Shown piece after piece: positions 28,161 to 38,948 of a DNA stretch of 38,948 bases (position 1 is its first letter; each line of letters begins with the position of its first letter). The stretch comes from Thermoplasmatota archaeon. Its GTDB lineage: Archaea; Thermoplasmatota; Penumbrarchaeia; Penumbrarchaeales; Penumbrarchaeaceae. The position numbers were made by a program, and so were the translations under genes. The DNA lies in assembly GCA_029762535.1 (NCBI GenBank), contig JARVGK010000013.1, positions 1 through 38,948 of the forward strand. The letters run 5' to 3'. Below the pieces are notes generated by a model. That model was not told the origin of the DNA, searched no databases, and saw only the letters and a program-made list of their open reading frames with translations.

Positions 28161-29438
28161 TCATTGGTCGTGGAATACCCCCTCAAGTTTTGAAAGCCCC
28201 TTGAACGCGATGCGCCTTTGATCTCCGGTGACCAGGTCCTTCAGGGAAAACTCTCCTGATCCAACCTCTTCCTCACCTATGATAACTGCGTACCTCGCCC
28301 CCATGGAGGTCGCGATAGACAATGCCTTTTTAAGGCCTCTGCCCTGTGCCTCCATTATACATCTATGCCCCGCTGCCGTAAGGTCCCTTTGTACGTGTCT
28401 GGCCATGACGTTCGCGCTCTCGCCGAGGGGTATTATGTAAAAGCCGCCAGTTGGAAGTGCATCCCTTTCACTATCGGCTATTGCCATCATGACCCGGTCG
28501 AACCCTATGCCGAATCCGATGCCCTCTACTTCGGAACCAAGGATGTTTGAAAGGGAGTACTCTCCGCCTCCGCATACCTGCTTCTCCGCTCCAAGGGACG
28601 GAATGTCTATCTCGAAAACCATTCCCTCGTAATAATCCAGCCCTCTGGTTATCGACGGGTCGAAATGGACGCGCCCTTGTTGGTCATCCAAAAGATGCAA
28701 TATTGATCTTAAATGATCTATCGCATCTTTCAGATCCGGATGGTCGATCGACATATCGGACAGGGTCTTGGGGGCATGGTCCTTAGGGACCAATGTGGTT
28801 AGCAAGCTTGTTATCTCGTGCGCGTCCTCGACCTCATCGCACATGATCCTCTCCATTGCGATCTTATCCTTCTTGTCGATGGCAATCATGAGATCCCGGT
28901 AATTCTCCGTATCTATGCCGATCGTTCCAAGAAGGGACCTAACGATACCTATATGGCCGATCCGGACCCTATGATCATTGATCTTTGCCCTCTCCATCGC
29001 CTCCATGGATATAGAGATGACCTCCGAGCAGGCAAGAGGAGTTCTGCGGCCGATGTATTCGATCCCGAGCTGCCAGAATTCTCTGAACCTGCCCCTTTGC
29101 GGTCTTTCATATCTGAAGCAGTTGCCGAAGTAGAATACCCTTAGAGGTTTGGGCATGCTCTTTAGTTCGGTCGAATAGTACCTCATCACAGGGGCAGTAA
29201 GCTCAGGCCGCAAAGCCATATGTCTTCCCCCTTTGTCCTTGAAATCGTACAGTTGATCGATTACCTGGGGCCCGGACCTGGCAATAAAGAGGTCAGCGTG
29301 TTCGAATGCCGGCGTTTGGACCTCTCCATACCCATAGCTTGTCAGGAGCTTACGGAATTCCTCCTCTATCCTCCTTCGAGAGGCCATATCGTTCGGAGAG
29401 AAATCCCTTGTTCCTCTGGGCCTTGAAAGATCGAACAT
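28161..29438 (-). CDS. hisS: Histidine--tRNA ligase
   Basis: RPRGTRDF, LRPELTAP, FRYERPQRGRFREFWQ, RGLDYY, GGGEY, GFGIGFDR and an anticodon-binding domain. Confidence 0.98.
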   Translation of the reverse strand: MFDLSRPRGTRDFSPNDMASRRRIEEEFRKLLTSYGYGEVQTPAFEHADLFIARSGPQVIDQLYDFKDKGGRHMALRPELTAPVMRYYSTELKSMPKPLRVFYFGNCFRYERPQRGRFREFWQLGIEYIGRRTPLACSEVISISMEAMERAKINDHRVRIGHIGIVRSLLGTIGIDTENYRDLMIAIDKKDKIAMERIMCDEVEDAHEITSLLTTLVPKDHAPKTLSDMSIDHPDLKDAIDHLRSILHLLDDQQGRVHFDPSITRGLDYYEGMVFEIDIPSLGAEKQVCGGGEYSLSNILGSEVEGIGFGIGFDRVMMAIADSERDALPTGGFYIIPLGESANVMARHVQRDLTAAGHRCIMEAQGRGLKKALSIATSMGARYAVIIGEEEVGSGEFSLKDLVTGDQRRIAFKGLSKLEGVFHDQ

Positions 29439-29566
29439 GTGTACACCTTTTTGATCGTGAAAGCCTTAGGCATTCTCGATATAAATAGTTGAGACAGATA
29501 AAAGCAAAGGAGGGCATGTTTTCGAAAAGGGGAGATAGCCGATGCTCGAGGTAGAGTTGAGCAACC

Positions 29567-29574
29567 TATAAATA
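29567..29574 (+). promoter_or_regulatory. Candidate TATA box of the 23S-5S transcript
   Basis: TATAAATA about 190 nt upstream of the mature 23S start. Confidence 0.45.
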
Positions 29575-29714
29575 AGGGTTGTTGAATACACCCAACTCCG
29601 CAGGGTGTCATAGGCCTTTCTGGCTTATGATGGCTGCGTACCCATGCACCCCGTGAGTTGGAATTTGCGGGGGAAGGAGATAGATGGAGGCGTTCGCCTA
29701 TGATATCGATGAAT

Positions 29715-29754
29715 CTCGATCATACGTGAAATGGACGTTAGTTGAGCCAGTAGG
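29715..29754 (+). other. 5' arm of the 23S rRNA processing stem with bulge-helix-bulge
   Basis: ctcgatcatacgtgaaatg-GACG-tta-gttgagccagtagg pairs with 32656-32695. Confidence 0.88.
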
Positions 29755-29757
29755 ATA

Positions 29758-32648
<2,891 letters not shown>

Positions 32649-32655
32649 GTTTATG

Positions 32656-32695
32656 CCTATTGGCTCAACCGTTTAACGTTTCACGTATGATCGAG
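32656..32695 (+). other. 3' arm of the 23S rRNA processing stem with bulge-helix-bulge
   Basis: cctattggctcaac-CGTT-taa-cgtttcacgtatgatcgag. Confidence 0.88.
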
Positions 32696-32718
32696 AAAGA
32701 TACATTCCAGACAGGTGG

Positions 32719-32838
32719 CTGGACGGCCATGGCGGCGGGGATCACCCGGTCTCATTCCGAACCCGGCAGTTAAGCCCGCCCACGTTCCCGTTGGTACTAT
32801 GGTGCGCGAGCCCATGGGAAGGCAGGATCGCTGTCCGT
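32719..32838 (+). rRNA. rrf: 5S ribosomal RNA; ends approximate
   Basis: GGCCAT...CCCGGTCTCATTCCGAACCCGGCAGTTAAGCCC motif and terminal helix ggacggc/gctgtcc, extended by gacaggtggc/gtcacctgtc. Confidence 0.95.
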
Positions 32839-32848
32839 CACCTGTCCA

Positions 32849-32858
32849 CTCTTTTTTA
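32849..32858 (+). terminator. Oligo-T archaeal terminator after 5S
   Basis: ctctttttta immediately after the 5S stem. Confidence 0.55.
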
Positions 32859-32907
32859 TAGGCTTGATCGGAAAAAGCAATAATAATACCAAGTTCGATG
32901 TACCGAT

Positions 32908-33960
32908 ATGACACTCGGGCCTGACATGGGCTCCTTCAAGTTGGATATAGACCCTATTTTAGCCTTGATATTGCGTAATAGCTATGGATCGGTAATGCTC
33001 CAGGTGCCTGAAGGACTGAAAAGATATTTGCCACAGATAGCGAGGTTCATTGAACAGAGGACCGGAGTGGAGGTTATCCTGGACGGGGACGTATGTTACG
33101 GAGCATGCGATCATCCCGGCGATAATGCCTCGATGCTGGGATGTGATGCGATAATACACCTTGGCCATGAGGACATACCTACTATGGAAAGGGGCCATGT
33201 CCCCATACATTTTTTCAGAGTATCGATGAATGACACGGGCGGGGGCTTAGAAAAAGGGATCGAGCTTTTCTCCAGGCAGTTCAAGGGTAACAGAATCGGT
33301 TTGGTCACCACGACACAGCACCTGGGCCTTATAGATCGGGCCCGTGTGCTCCTCGAAGCATACGGATCGGAGGTCGTTATCGGAGAGCCGGGAAAAAGGG
33401 AAGCTTTTCCCGGACAGGTCCTTGGATGCTCGTTCCAATCTGCAAGGGAGGTATCTCCCGGATCCGATGCGGTACTCTACTTGGGAACCGGGAGGTTCCA
33501 TCCTCTGGGGATCGCCCTATCTCTTGGAAGGGAGGTCCACTGCATCGATCCCATGACCGGCGACCATACGAAAGTAGGTATGGACGAAGTGGAAGCATTC
33601 TTAAGGAAGAGGTTCGCCCGCATCGCAAGGGCCCAGAATCTGCTCCATGACGAGAAGGAAACAGTGGTCGTCCTGTCCGTGAAGCCCGGTCAGAGGAGGA
33701 TCCGATTAGCTAGAGAACTCGCCGCACTGGCAAAGGATAAGGGGATCGATGCATATCTCGTGTCGATGGACCTCCTCGATCCGATGAAGGTCCGGTCATT
33801 TGGGTTCAAGGTTGCGGTGTCCACCGCCTGCCCGAGGATCGTAGTGGACGAGGATGAGAGGTATGGGGAGGAGGGTGTGACGTTGCTTTCACCTATCGAA
33901 TTCAGGATCTCTGTGGGGATCCAAACGATGGAGGATTACCATCTGGACGAGGAATGGTGA
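32908..33960 (+). CDS. dph2: Diphthamide biosynthesis enzyme Dph2
   Basis: LQVPEGLK, CYGACD, H.GH, GQVLGC, GTGRFH, KPGQ and TACPRI, including the three Fe-S cysteines. Confidence 0.96.
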   Translation: MTLGPDMGSFKLDIDPILALILRNSYGSVMLQVPEGLKRYLPQIARFIEQRTGVEVILDGDVCYGACDHPGDNASMLGCDAIIHLGHEDIPTMERGHVPIHFFRVSMNDTGGGLEKGIELFSRQFKGNRIGLVTTTQHLGLIDRARVLLEAYGSEVVIGEPGKREAFPGQVLGCSFQSAREVSPGSDAVLYLGTGRFHPLGIALSLGREVHCIDPMTGDHTKVGMDEVEAFLRKRFARIARAQNLLHDEKETVVVLSVKPGQRRIRLARELAALAKDKGIDAYLVSMDLLDPMKVRSFGFKVAVSTACPRIVVDEDERYGEEGVTLLSPIEFRISVGIQTMEDYHLDEEW

Positions 33961-34225
33961 AGTGATATTGCAGGGGGCGGAGAGGATCGAGAACCGCCTT
34001 TCTGACGTTTTCGCAACCTCTTATCGTGGAAAGATGAGTAAGGGACAGATGGATGGTCATGTAGTTGAACCCATGATCAACAATTCCGAAATGGTCAGAG
34101 AGATACAGGGATATTGAAAAAGACACACGATAACCGTTCGATCCGGCCCTTCTCGAGATCTGAATGCAGATCAGAGGGGAAAATAATTTTCATACTATGT
34201 GATGAGCTTGGGGGTCATTGATCCT

Positions 34226-36130
34226 TCATTTGAGAATTGGATCTAAGGACGATCCATTTATTTCAGCTATAGAGTGGTTTATCACCACAACATCGGACGT
34301 TACGATGTAAACCACAACTATCTGCAGATCGTATGAGTTCGAGACATCATCGATCGACATTGCCCCGATCCCAAGTGCGGGATATTGATCTCCGCATTCT
34401 ATCAGTTGGATCTCCACATTGAAGTTTTGATCGGTATCGCTGTTGTTCTTATCGCTTTTGTATACGATCCTGATCTCGCCGGGTTGTTCGTGAGGGTTGG
34501 TTCCATATCCTTCCTCCACAACGATGTCATCTTTACATATCCTTGCGGCAAAAGTATCCCCCTCGTTCTCGTACCTCCTTAAACTCCGCCTCATGTCAGG
34601 TTCGTCAACCCAACTGAGGTTCACGTAAATTTGATCGATAAGGGCCCCCTCTGGCATTGAGATATCATGCTGGAATATCTCGCCCTCGTAGAGTTGACCG
34701 CTGAATTGAAAAATGCTTTCCTGATGCACAAGATCGTCACCTGCTTCTCCACCGGATAGGTCTTTTCGGTATAATGTATCCGTTCCAAGGGATATGCCGA
34801 CGATCAATACCACCGGGACCAAAGCCAGAGGTAATTTGGAGTATAATCCCGAGAATATTCGAGATCCTTTGATCCTATCCGCTCTCCTCTGTGGCGGGGG
34901 TCCAGACACCTCTTTTCTATTGAAATAACTATTATAATGCAGCAAACATGAGACTGATATCAGGCCCACACATGCTATTATGCCCCAGAACAGTCGACCC
35001 ATTGACAGGCGCTCTGCGACCAGATAGTACATCACCCCTCCGGTGATGGGAGCGAATGTGGATGCTATGGCCAGGGGTAGGAATGAATAACCCATGTATA
35101 TGGATACCTTCTCTTTCGGAGGGATCTTCGATACATAACTGAGAAAGCTTGGATATGCTATCAGCTCACCCAGGGACAGAACGACGATACCCAGAACGAG
35201 CAAGTAAGGGTTCATCGAAAAACCCGCGATAAGAAAACCCAAAGAGACGATCGAGACGCCGATCACAAGAAGCTTGAACGAATCGACCTTTTTATCCTTA
35301 ATAAAATGGGCCCATATCTGTCCGATAGTGATTATCGTACCAGGATTTATGGCGGCCAGTAGCGTCACCGTGAACCATGCTGGCATGATCCCGAAATCCG
35401 TCATGAACAGGGGCATGAAAGGTTGCCTCATGAATAGCATGAACCAGCAGCCGGAGAATATGATCAGTATCAAATAGAATTTCGGATCCTCGAATATGAT
35501 CTTCAGGTTCTTCACGGCTTTCAGCGCCGGTATGGACGGGTCGGGCTTTACCGGATTCGAATAGAATAATATTATAATCAAGAAACTGCAGAATATGAAG
35601 ATCGCCATCAGAAAGAAGACCCCTCCATATCTTGCCGGAATAAAGAGGAATGTGAGGCTGAAGGGTATGAAAAATGCGCCTATATTGATCACCCAATAGT
35701 AGATGTTGAAAGCATAATCCCTGTTCTTCCTGTCCGTGGAATGGGATATGGATGCCGCGATCAGAGCTTTTTCAAAGCCTGAACCCAGACCTATTACGAT
35801 AACGGCAAGTATGATAATTGCAATTGTGTGGCCGAGTCCTAGAACGATATAACCGATACAAAGTGTGACATATGAGAAAAGGAGAAGTTTCTTGAACCCG
35901 AATTTGCTGGCAAGTGCAGTAGAGATAAGCGGAAGGAAGTTGATCATCATCATCATGATCGCAAGAAGCACTCCTACTGTCCAGCTATCGATGCCAATAT
36001 TGTATACGAGATGGTATGATAGTACTGCCAGGACTCCGTAGTAGGCCCCCCTCTCGAAAAGATTGGAAGCGTTTACGGCCCAGAATTCCCTGGGCATATG
36101 GTCCTTCTTTTTTCCGATCATTCCTTTCAC
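34226..36130 (-). CDS. MFS (POT/DtpA-like) transporter with extra C-terminal TM helix and soluble domain
   Basis: FERGAYYG (ExxERxxYY-like), FNIYYWVINIGA, INP and LGEL motifs with 12 TMs, then a 13th TM and about 170 aa beta-rich domain. The start could be the ATG at 36121. Confidence 0.88.
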   Translation of the reverse strand: MKGMIGKKKDHMPREFWAVNASNLFERGAYYGVLAVLSYHLVYNIGIDSWTVGVLLAIMMMMINFLPLISTALASKFGFKKLLLFSYVTLCIGYIVLGLGHTIAIIILAVIVIGLGSGFEKALIAASISHSTDRKNRDYAFNIYYWVINIGAFFIPFSLTFLFIPARYGGVFFLMAIFIFCSFLIIILFYSNPVKPDPSIPALKAVKNLKIIFEDPKFYLILIIFSGCWFMLFMRQPFMPLFMTDFGIMPAWFTVTLLAAINPGTIITIGQIWAHFIKDKKVDSFKLLVIGVSIVSLGFLIAGFSMNPYLLVLGIVVLSLGELIAYPSFLSYVSKIPPKEKVSIYMGYSFLPLAIASTFAPITGGVMYYLVAERLSMGRLFWGIIACVGLISVSCLLHYNSYFNRKEVSGPPPQRRADRIKGSRIFSGLYSKLPLALVPVVLIVGISLGTDTLYRKDLSGGEAGDDLVHQESIFQFSGQLYEGEIFQHDISMPEGALIDQIYVNLSWVDEPDMRRSLRRYENEGDTFAARICKDDIVVEEGYGTNPHEQPGEIRIVYKSDKNNSDTDQNFNVEIQLIECGDQYPALGIGAMSIDDVSNSYDLQIVVVYIVTSDVVVINHSIAEINGSSLDPILK

Positions 36131-36336
36131 ATCAGCATAATGTCAAATTGGTCATGATCAATGGCTTTTCGTTTAAAAACATTTACAGTGGACTTATTAC
36201 TTATAAATTGGCCCGGGTATCGATCATGAAATATCGAATGCATGTCCATAGGTGATAATTACAGCGATCGTTGAGAGGAAGCGGAACGGTATTTCGATCC
36301 GAGCCCCATGCTGAATATGATCATGTACTTTGATAT

Positions 36337-37362
36337 TCAAACGTATTTGAGATCGATCCTGCCTTTCTTTATCATTCCTTTTTTGAAGCGCTTTCTGAGA
36401 TCGAAGAGGCCTACCATGTTCTCCTGTAGTTCGGGAAGGTTCTCGAATAAAACCCAGGTCAAGAACATCATCATCAAGAGCGAGAGGACCTTGGCGATGA
36501 TGCTATGCGCGGTATAGAAGTCCAATAGATCCCCATGGACGGCAAGTATCACCCCTACGTTCCTGAATATATTGACCACGAATATCAAAGGTACGACCAT
36601 GAGGAAAGCGCGGATCTTGCGCTCTCCATCGCTCAATCTGATCATATTCAGGAGCCCCCATCTCCTGGACCTCACCAGTAATGATGGGTCTCCCTTGGTC
36701 CTCAGAAGCTCCTTTCTCGCCCAAGGCATCCATTCGTCCCTGTCCGTTTCGGTGGCTATTATGGCCGCTGTGAAGAGGAATAGGGCTAAAGCCGCGGTGC
36801 ATTCGAAGACGATCATGATCATCGTATCGGTGGGATCGGGGGAAGTGATCATCAATCCCTCGCCGATCCTCGAGGGGAATCCCGATTGGAGGAACACTTC
36901 AAAGCCGAATAACCTCAGAACAAAGTATGTCAGGTGGGCCACGATGAATATCATGCCACCTTGGAATGCCGGGACATGCTCGGTGATAAAATAGAAGGCT
37001 CCGGTCAGGGCGCTCATCCTCAGAAGCCACTCGATAGACCTTGTGTTCTCTTCGAACCGATGATCGAGATAAAGCTGGAAGGCTATGAAAAGGAACAGGA
37101 AGCCCCCTAGAGCCGATATGACGCCATTGATGATGTCCGGGTCCCTGCCGAGCAGTATTTCCTGAGCGATGAAAAGCCAGTACAAGCCGAAAAGTATGGA
37201 TCCCGCTGCGCGGAACAAGGGGGTGGACCTGCCGTGCCTGGAGTAGAATATGAGCATGATGACGATCGACGGCAGGAACAGGAAGAGTTCCGGATAGGAG
37301 ACCCCTGTGAGCACATCGGAGCGGCCTATCACGTTCAATAGTGCTTTTATGATCGCCATCAT
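36337..37362 (-). CDS. Archaeosortase (ArtA-like, exosortase/archaeosortase family)
   Basis: Polytopic membrane protein with IVFECTA (catalytic Cys), VNIFRNVGVI (Arg) and FYTAHSIIAK motifs. Confidence 0.85.
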   Translation of the reverse strand: MMAIIKALLNVIGRSDVLTGVSYPELFLFLPSIVIMLIFYSRHGRSTPLFRAAGSILFGLYWLFIAQEILLGRDPDIINGVISALGGFLFLFIAFQLYLDHRFEENTRSIEWLLRMSALTGAFYFITEHVPAFQGGMIFIVAHLTYFVLRLFGFEVFLQSGFPSRIGEGLMITSPDPTDTMIMIVFECTAALALFLFTAAIIATETDRDEWMPWARKELLRTKGDPSLLVRSRRWGLLNMIRLSDGERKIRAFLMVVPLIFVVNIFRNVGVILAVHGDLLDFYTAHSIIAKVLSLLMMMFLTWVLFENLPELQENMVGLFDLRKRFKKGMIKKGRIDLKYV

Positions 37363-37422
37363 CAGCTCCAGGTATATGTCCGTATTTTATTTAATCCCCT
37401 TATAGAGTATTGAGACTCCCGT

Positions 37423-38421
37423 TCATACCTTTGGTGTAAGCGTGGTCTTCCAGAGCAGGCGGTTCATCGCAGCGAAGTAGAGCATCATAAGGACCATGAT
37501 AGCAAAGGCAGGGAGGATCCCTCCGATCGATGGGGCAATTGCGGCTATGAGCGCGAAAGTGGATGCGACCTCCATCAGCGCCATGGTTCGAAGGCATTTT
37601 CCATGGTCATATTCCCTGTCCTTCATCAAATTGAGATCGATCAAAAGCATTAGCCCCGCGAATATCAAAATTGGAATGAAATCCCACCATCGGGCATTCT
37701 GGAATATTAGGGCGGAGATCAGCGCCGCTATCGATATCAGTTTGATAAGGGCGGACATGGCCCTCGCAGGTATGGAGGCTTTGAATTTGGAACCTTTGAC
37801 ATGAACTCCAAGCCTGCCAAGTAGCGAAGCTTCGGACATACAGATATCCTTCAGGTCCCCTTCTATCATTATCTGGTAGATTATCTGCATGACAAGATAG
37901 AATGTCAAGGAGACAACGGTAAAGAGGAGGAGGGCAGGGTCGAATGCACCTCCGGATCCCAAATAGGAGAAAGGAAATAGCAGTGAGTGTGCAATGGCGA
38001 TCGGCAGGAATTTCGCCCCCATTCGCTTTCCGAATATGTTGTAGACGAAACCCATCGCGGTAAGGGTGAGGAGGATGCATAAAGCTAGCGGATCGAAATT
38101 CGAGATGAACGCTCCATACACGAAGGATAGAATGATCAGAGATAGAGTGACCCACCTTGCTGTTTTCGGATGGATGGATCCTATTTGAAGGGGGTGATGG
38201 GATTTATGGGGGTCATCCCTGTCGAATCCTTGAATGTAATCCTCAACGGAATTGTGGCCGTAACCCGCGTTGTGATACAGCCATCCGAAAATGAGAAAGA
38301 GTAATACATTCATATTTAGTATCCCGCCGCACGCGAGTGCGGATCCCGATACGCAAATGGACATCTCGAGTGGGCTGGTGTGGCTTCTAAAGAGTTGCAG
38401 CCAGTCACGGGGAGTTGCCAT
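37423..38421 (-). CDS. UbiA prenyltransferase family protein
   Basis: WLQLFR N-terminus, Asp-rich NSVEDYIQGFDRDDPHKSHHPL loop, YN...KR, second motif EGDLKD and about 8-9 TMs. Confidence 0.85.
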   Translation of the reverse strand: MATPRDWLQLFRSHTSPLEMSICVSGSALACGGILNMNVLLFLIFGWLYHNAGYGHNSVEDYIQGFDRDDPHKSHHPLQIGSIHPKTARWVTLSLIILSFVYGAFISNFDPLALCILLTLTAMGFVYNIFGKRMGAKFLPIAIAHSLLFPFSYLGSGGAFDPALLLFTVVSLTFYLVMQIIYQIMIEGDLKDICMSEASLLGRLGVHVKGSKFKASIPARAMSALIKLISIAALISALIFQNARWWDFIPILIFAGLMLLIDLNLMKDREYDHGKCLRTMALMEVASTFALIAAIAPSIGGILPAFAIMVLMMLYFAAMNRLLWKTTLTPKV

Positions 38422-38489
38422 ATGTTTCGGTTATCGGATGAATTATTATCTATATCCCATTTGCTGAAGGAACGAGATCGATATTGATC

Positions 38490-38948
38490 GAGTAGGCCCG
38501 CCCGGACCGATTAAAAATCCTTCGGATTTTCAAAGTCTATGTACTCTAATTAAATACTCGGGCGGATCCCACTCTATAAATTCACATTAATGATGATCGA
38601 GTGGGCCCGCCCGGATCCTTGAAAAATTGCTAAGGCAATTTTCCATACCAACAATGAGAATATGCTTGAAACGTGCGGGCTCACTCTTCTTAGTAAGGAA
38701 TAAATGTTACGAGTGGGCCCGCCCGGACCGATTAAAAATCCTTCGGATTTTCAAAGTCAACGTACTCTAATCAAATACTCGGGCGGATCCCACTCAATAA
38801 ATACACACGAATGATAATCGAGTGGGCCCGCCCGGATCCTTGAAAAATTGCTGACCCAATTTTCCATACCAACAATGAGAATATGCTTGAAACGTGCGGG
38901 CTCACTCTTCTTAGTAAGGAATAAATGTTACGAGTGGGCCCGCCCGGA
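38490..38948. repeat. Array of alternating palindromic units (A 85 nt, B 88 nt) with 24-nt linkers; 221-bp period; truncated by the window end
   Basis: Core GAGT(G/A)GGCCCGCCCGGA at 38490, 38599, 38711, 38820 and 38932 (spacing 109/112/109/112). Each complete unit ends in an imperfect inverted copy of the core. Confidence 0.95.

Noticed and set aside
33902-34126. 74-aa minus-strand ORF between dph2 and the MFS gene
   Set aside because: It overlaps the dph2 end and has no recognisable motif or convincing start.
38490-38907. Array units as complete tRNA genes
   Set aside because: The minus strand has a tRNA-like 3' end, but no TTCRA T-loop or convincing cloverleaf is present.
38490-38948. Terminal array as a CRISPR array
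   Set aside because: The core is only 17 nt, the intervening ~92-95-nt segments recur (A,B,A,B) instead of being unique spacers, and no cas genes are in the window.
38490-38948. Array units as integron attC sites or C/D-box guide RNAs
   Set aside because: There are no RYYYAAC/GTTRRRY ends and no cassette ORFs between units. An ATGATGA box-C-like motif occurs in only one linker and has no consistent CTGA partner.

Overview
Archaeal chromosomal segment, most likely Thermoplasmatota. This is inferred from the archaeal 23S/5S rRNA not linked to a 16S gene, a bulge-helix-bulge processing stem, and dph2, nreA and an archaeosortase. Most of the window is housekeeping and cell-surface genes: mutL, TlpA thioredoxin, a degenerate FtsZ/tubulin-like protein, a pilin-like protein, a tandem pair of C-terminally anchored surface proteins (the first has an in-frame TGA), NUDIX, M20 peptidase, a Cwh43/PGAP2IP-like membrane EEP protein, aminotransferase, nreA, pdxS, M29 peptidase, a Cys-free PDO homologue, an FG-GAP/ASPIC surface protein, an FtsX/MacB-type permease, a 1490-aa TPR protein, hisS, 23S+5S rRNA, dph2, an MFS fusion, an archaeosortase and a UbiA prenyltransferase. 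The most unusual element is at the right edge (38490 to >38948). It is a non-coding array of alternating 85/88-nt hairpin units (A-B-A-B-...) separated by exactly 24-nt AT-rich linkers. Every unit starts with a 17-nt core that on the minus strand reads like the 3' end of an archaeal tRNA. The array is truncated by the window end. All family calls come from motif recognition by eye; no searches were run.
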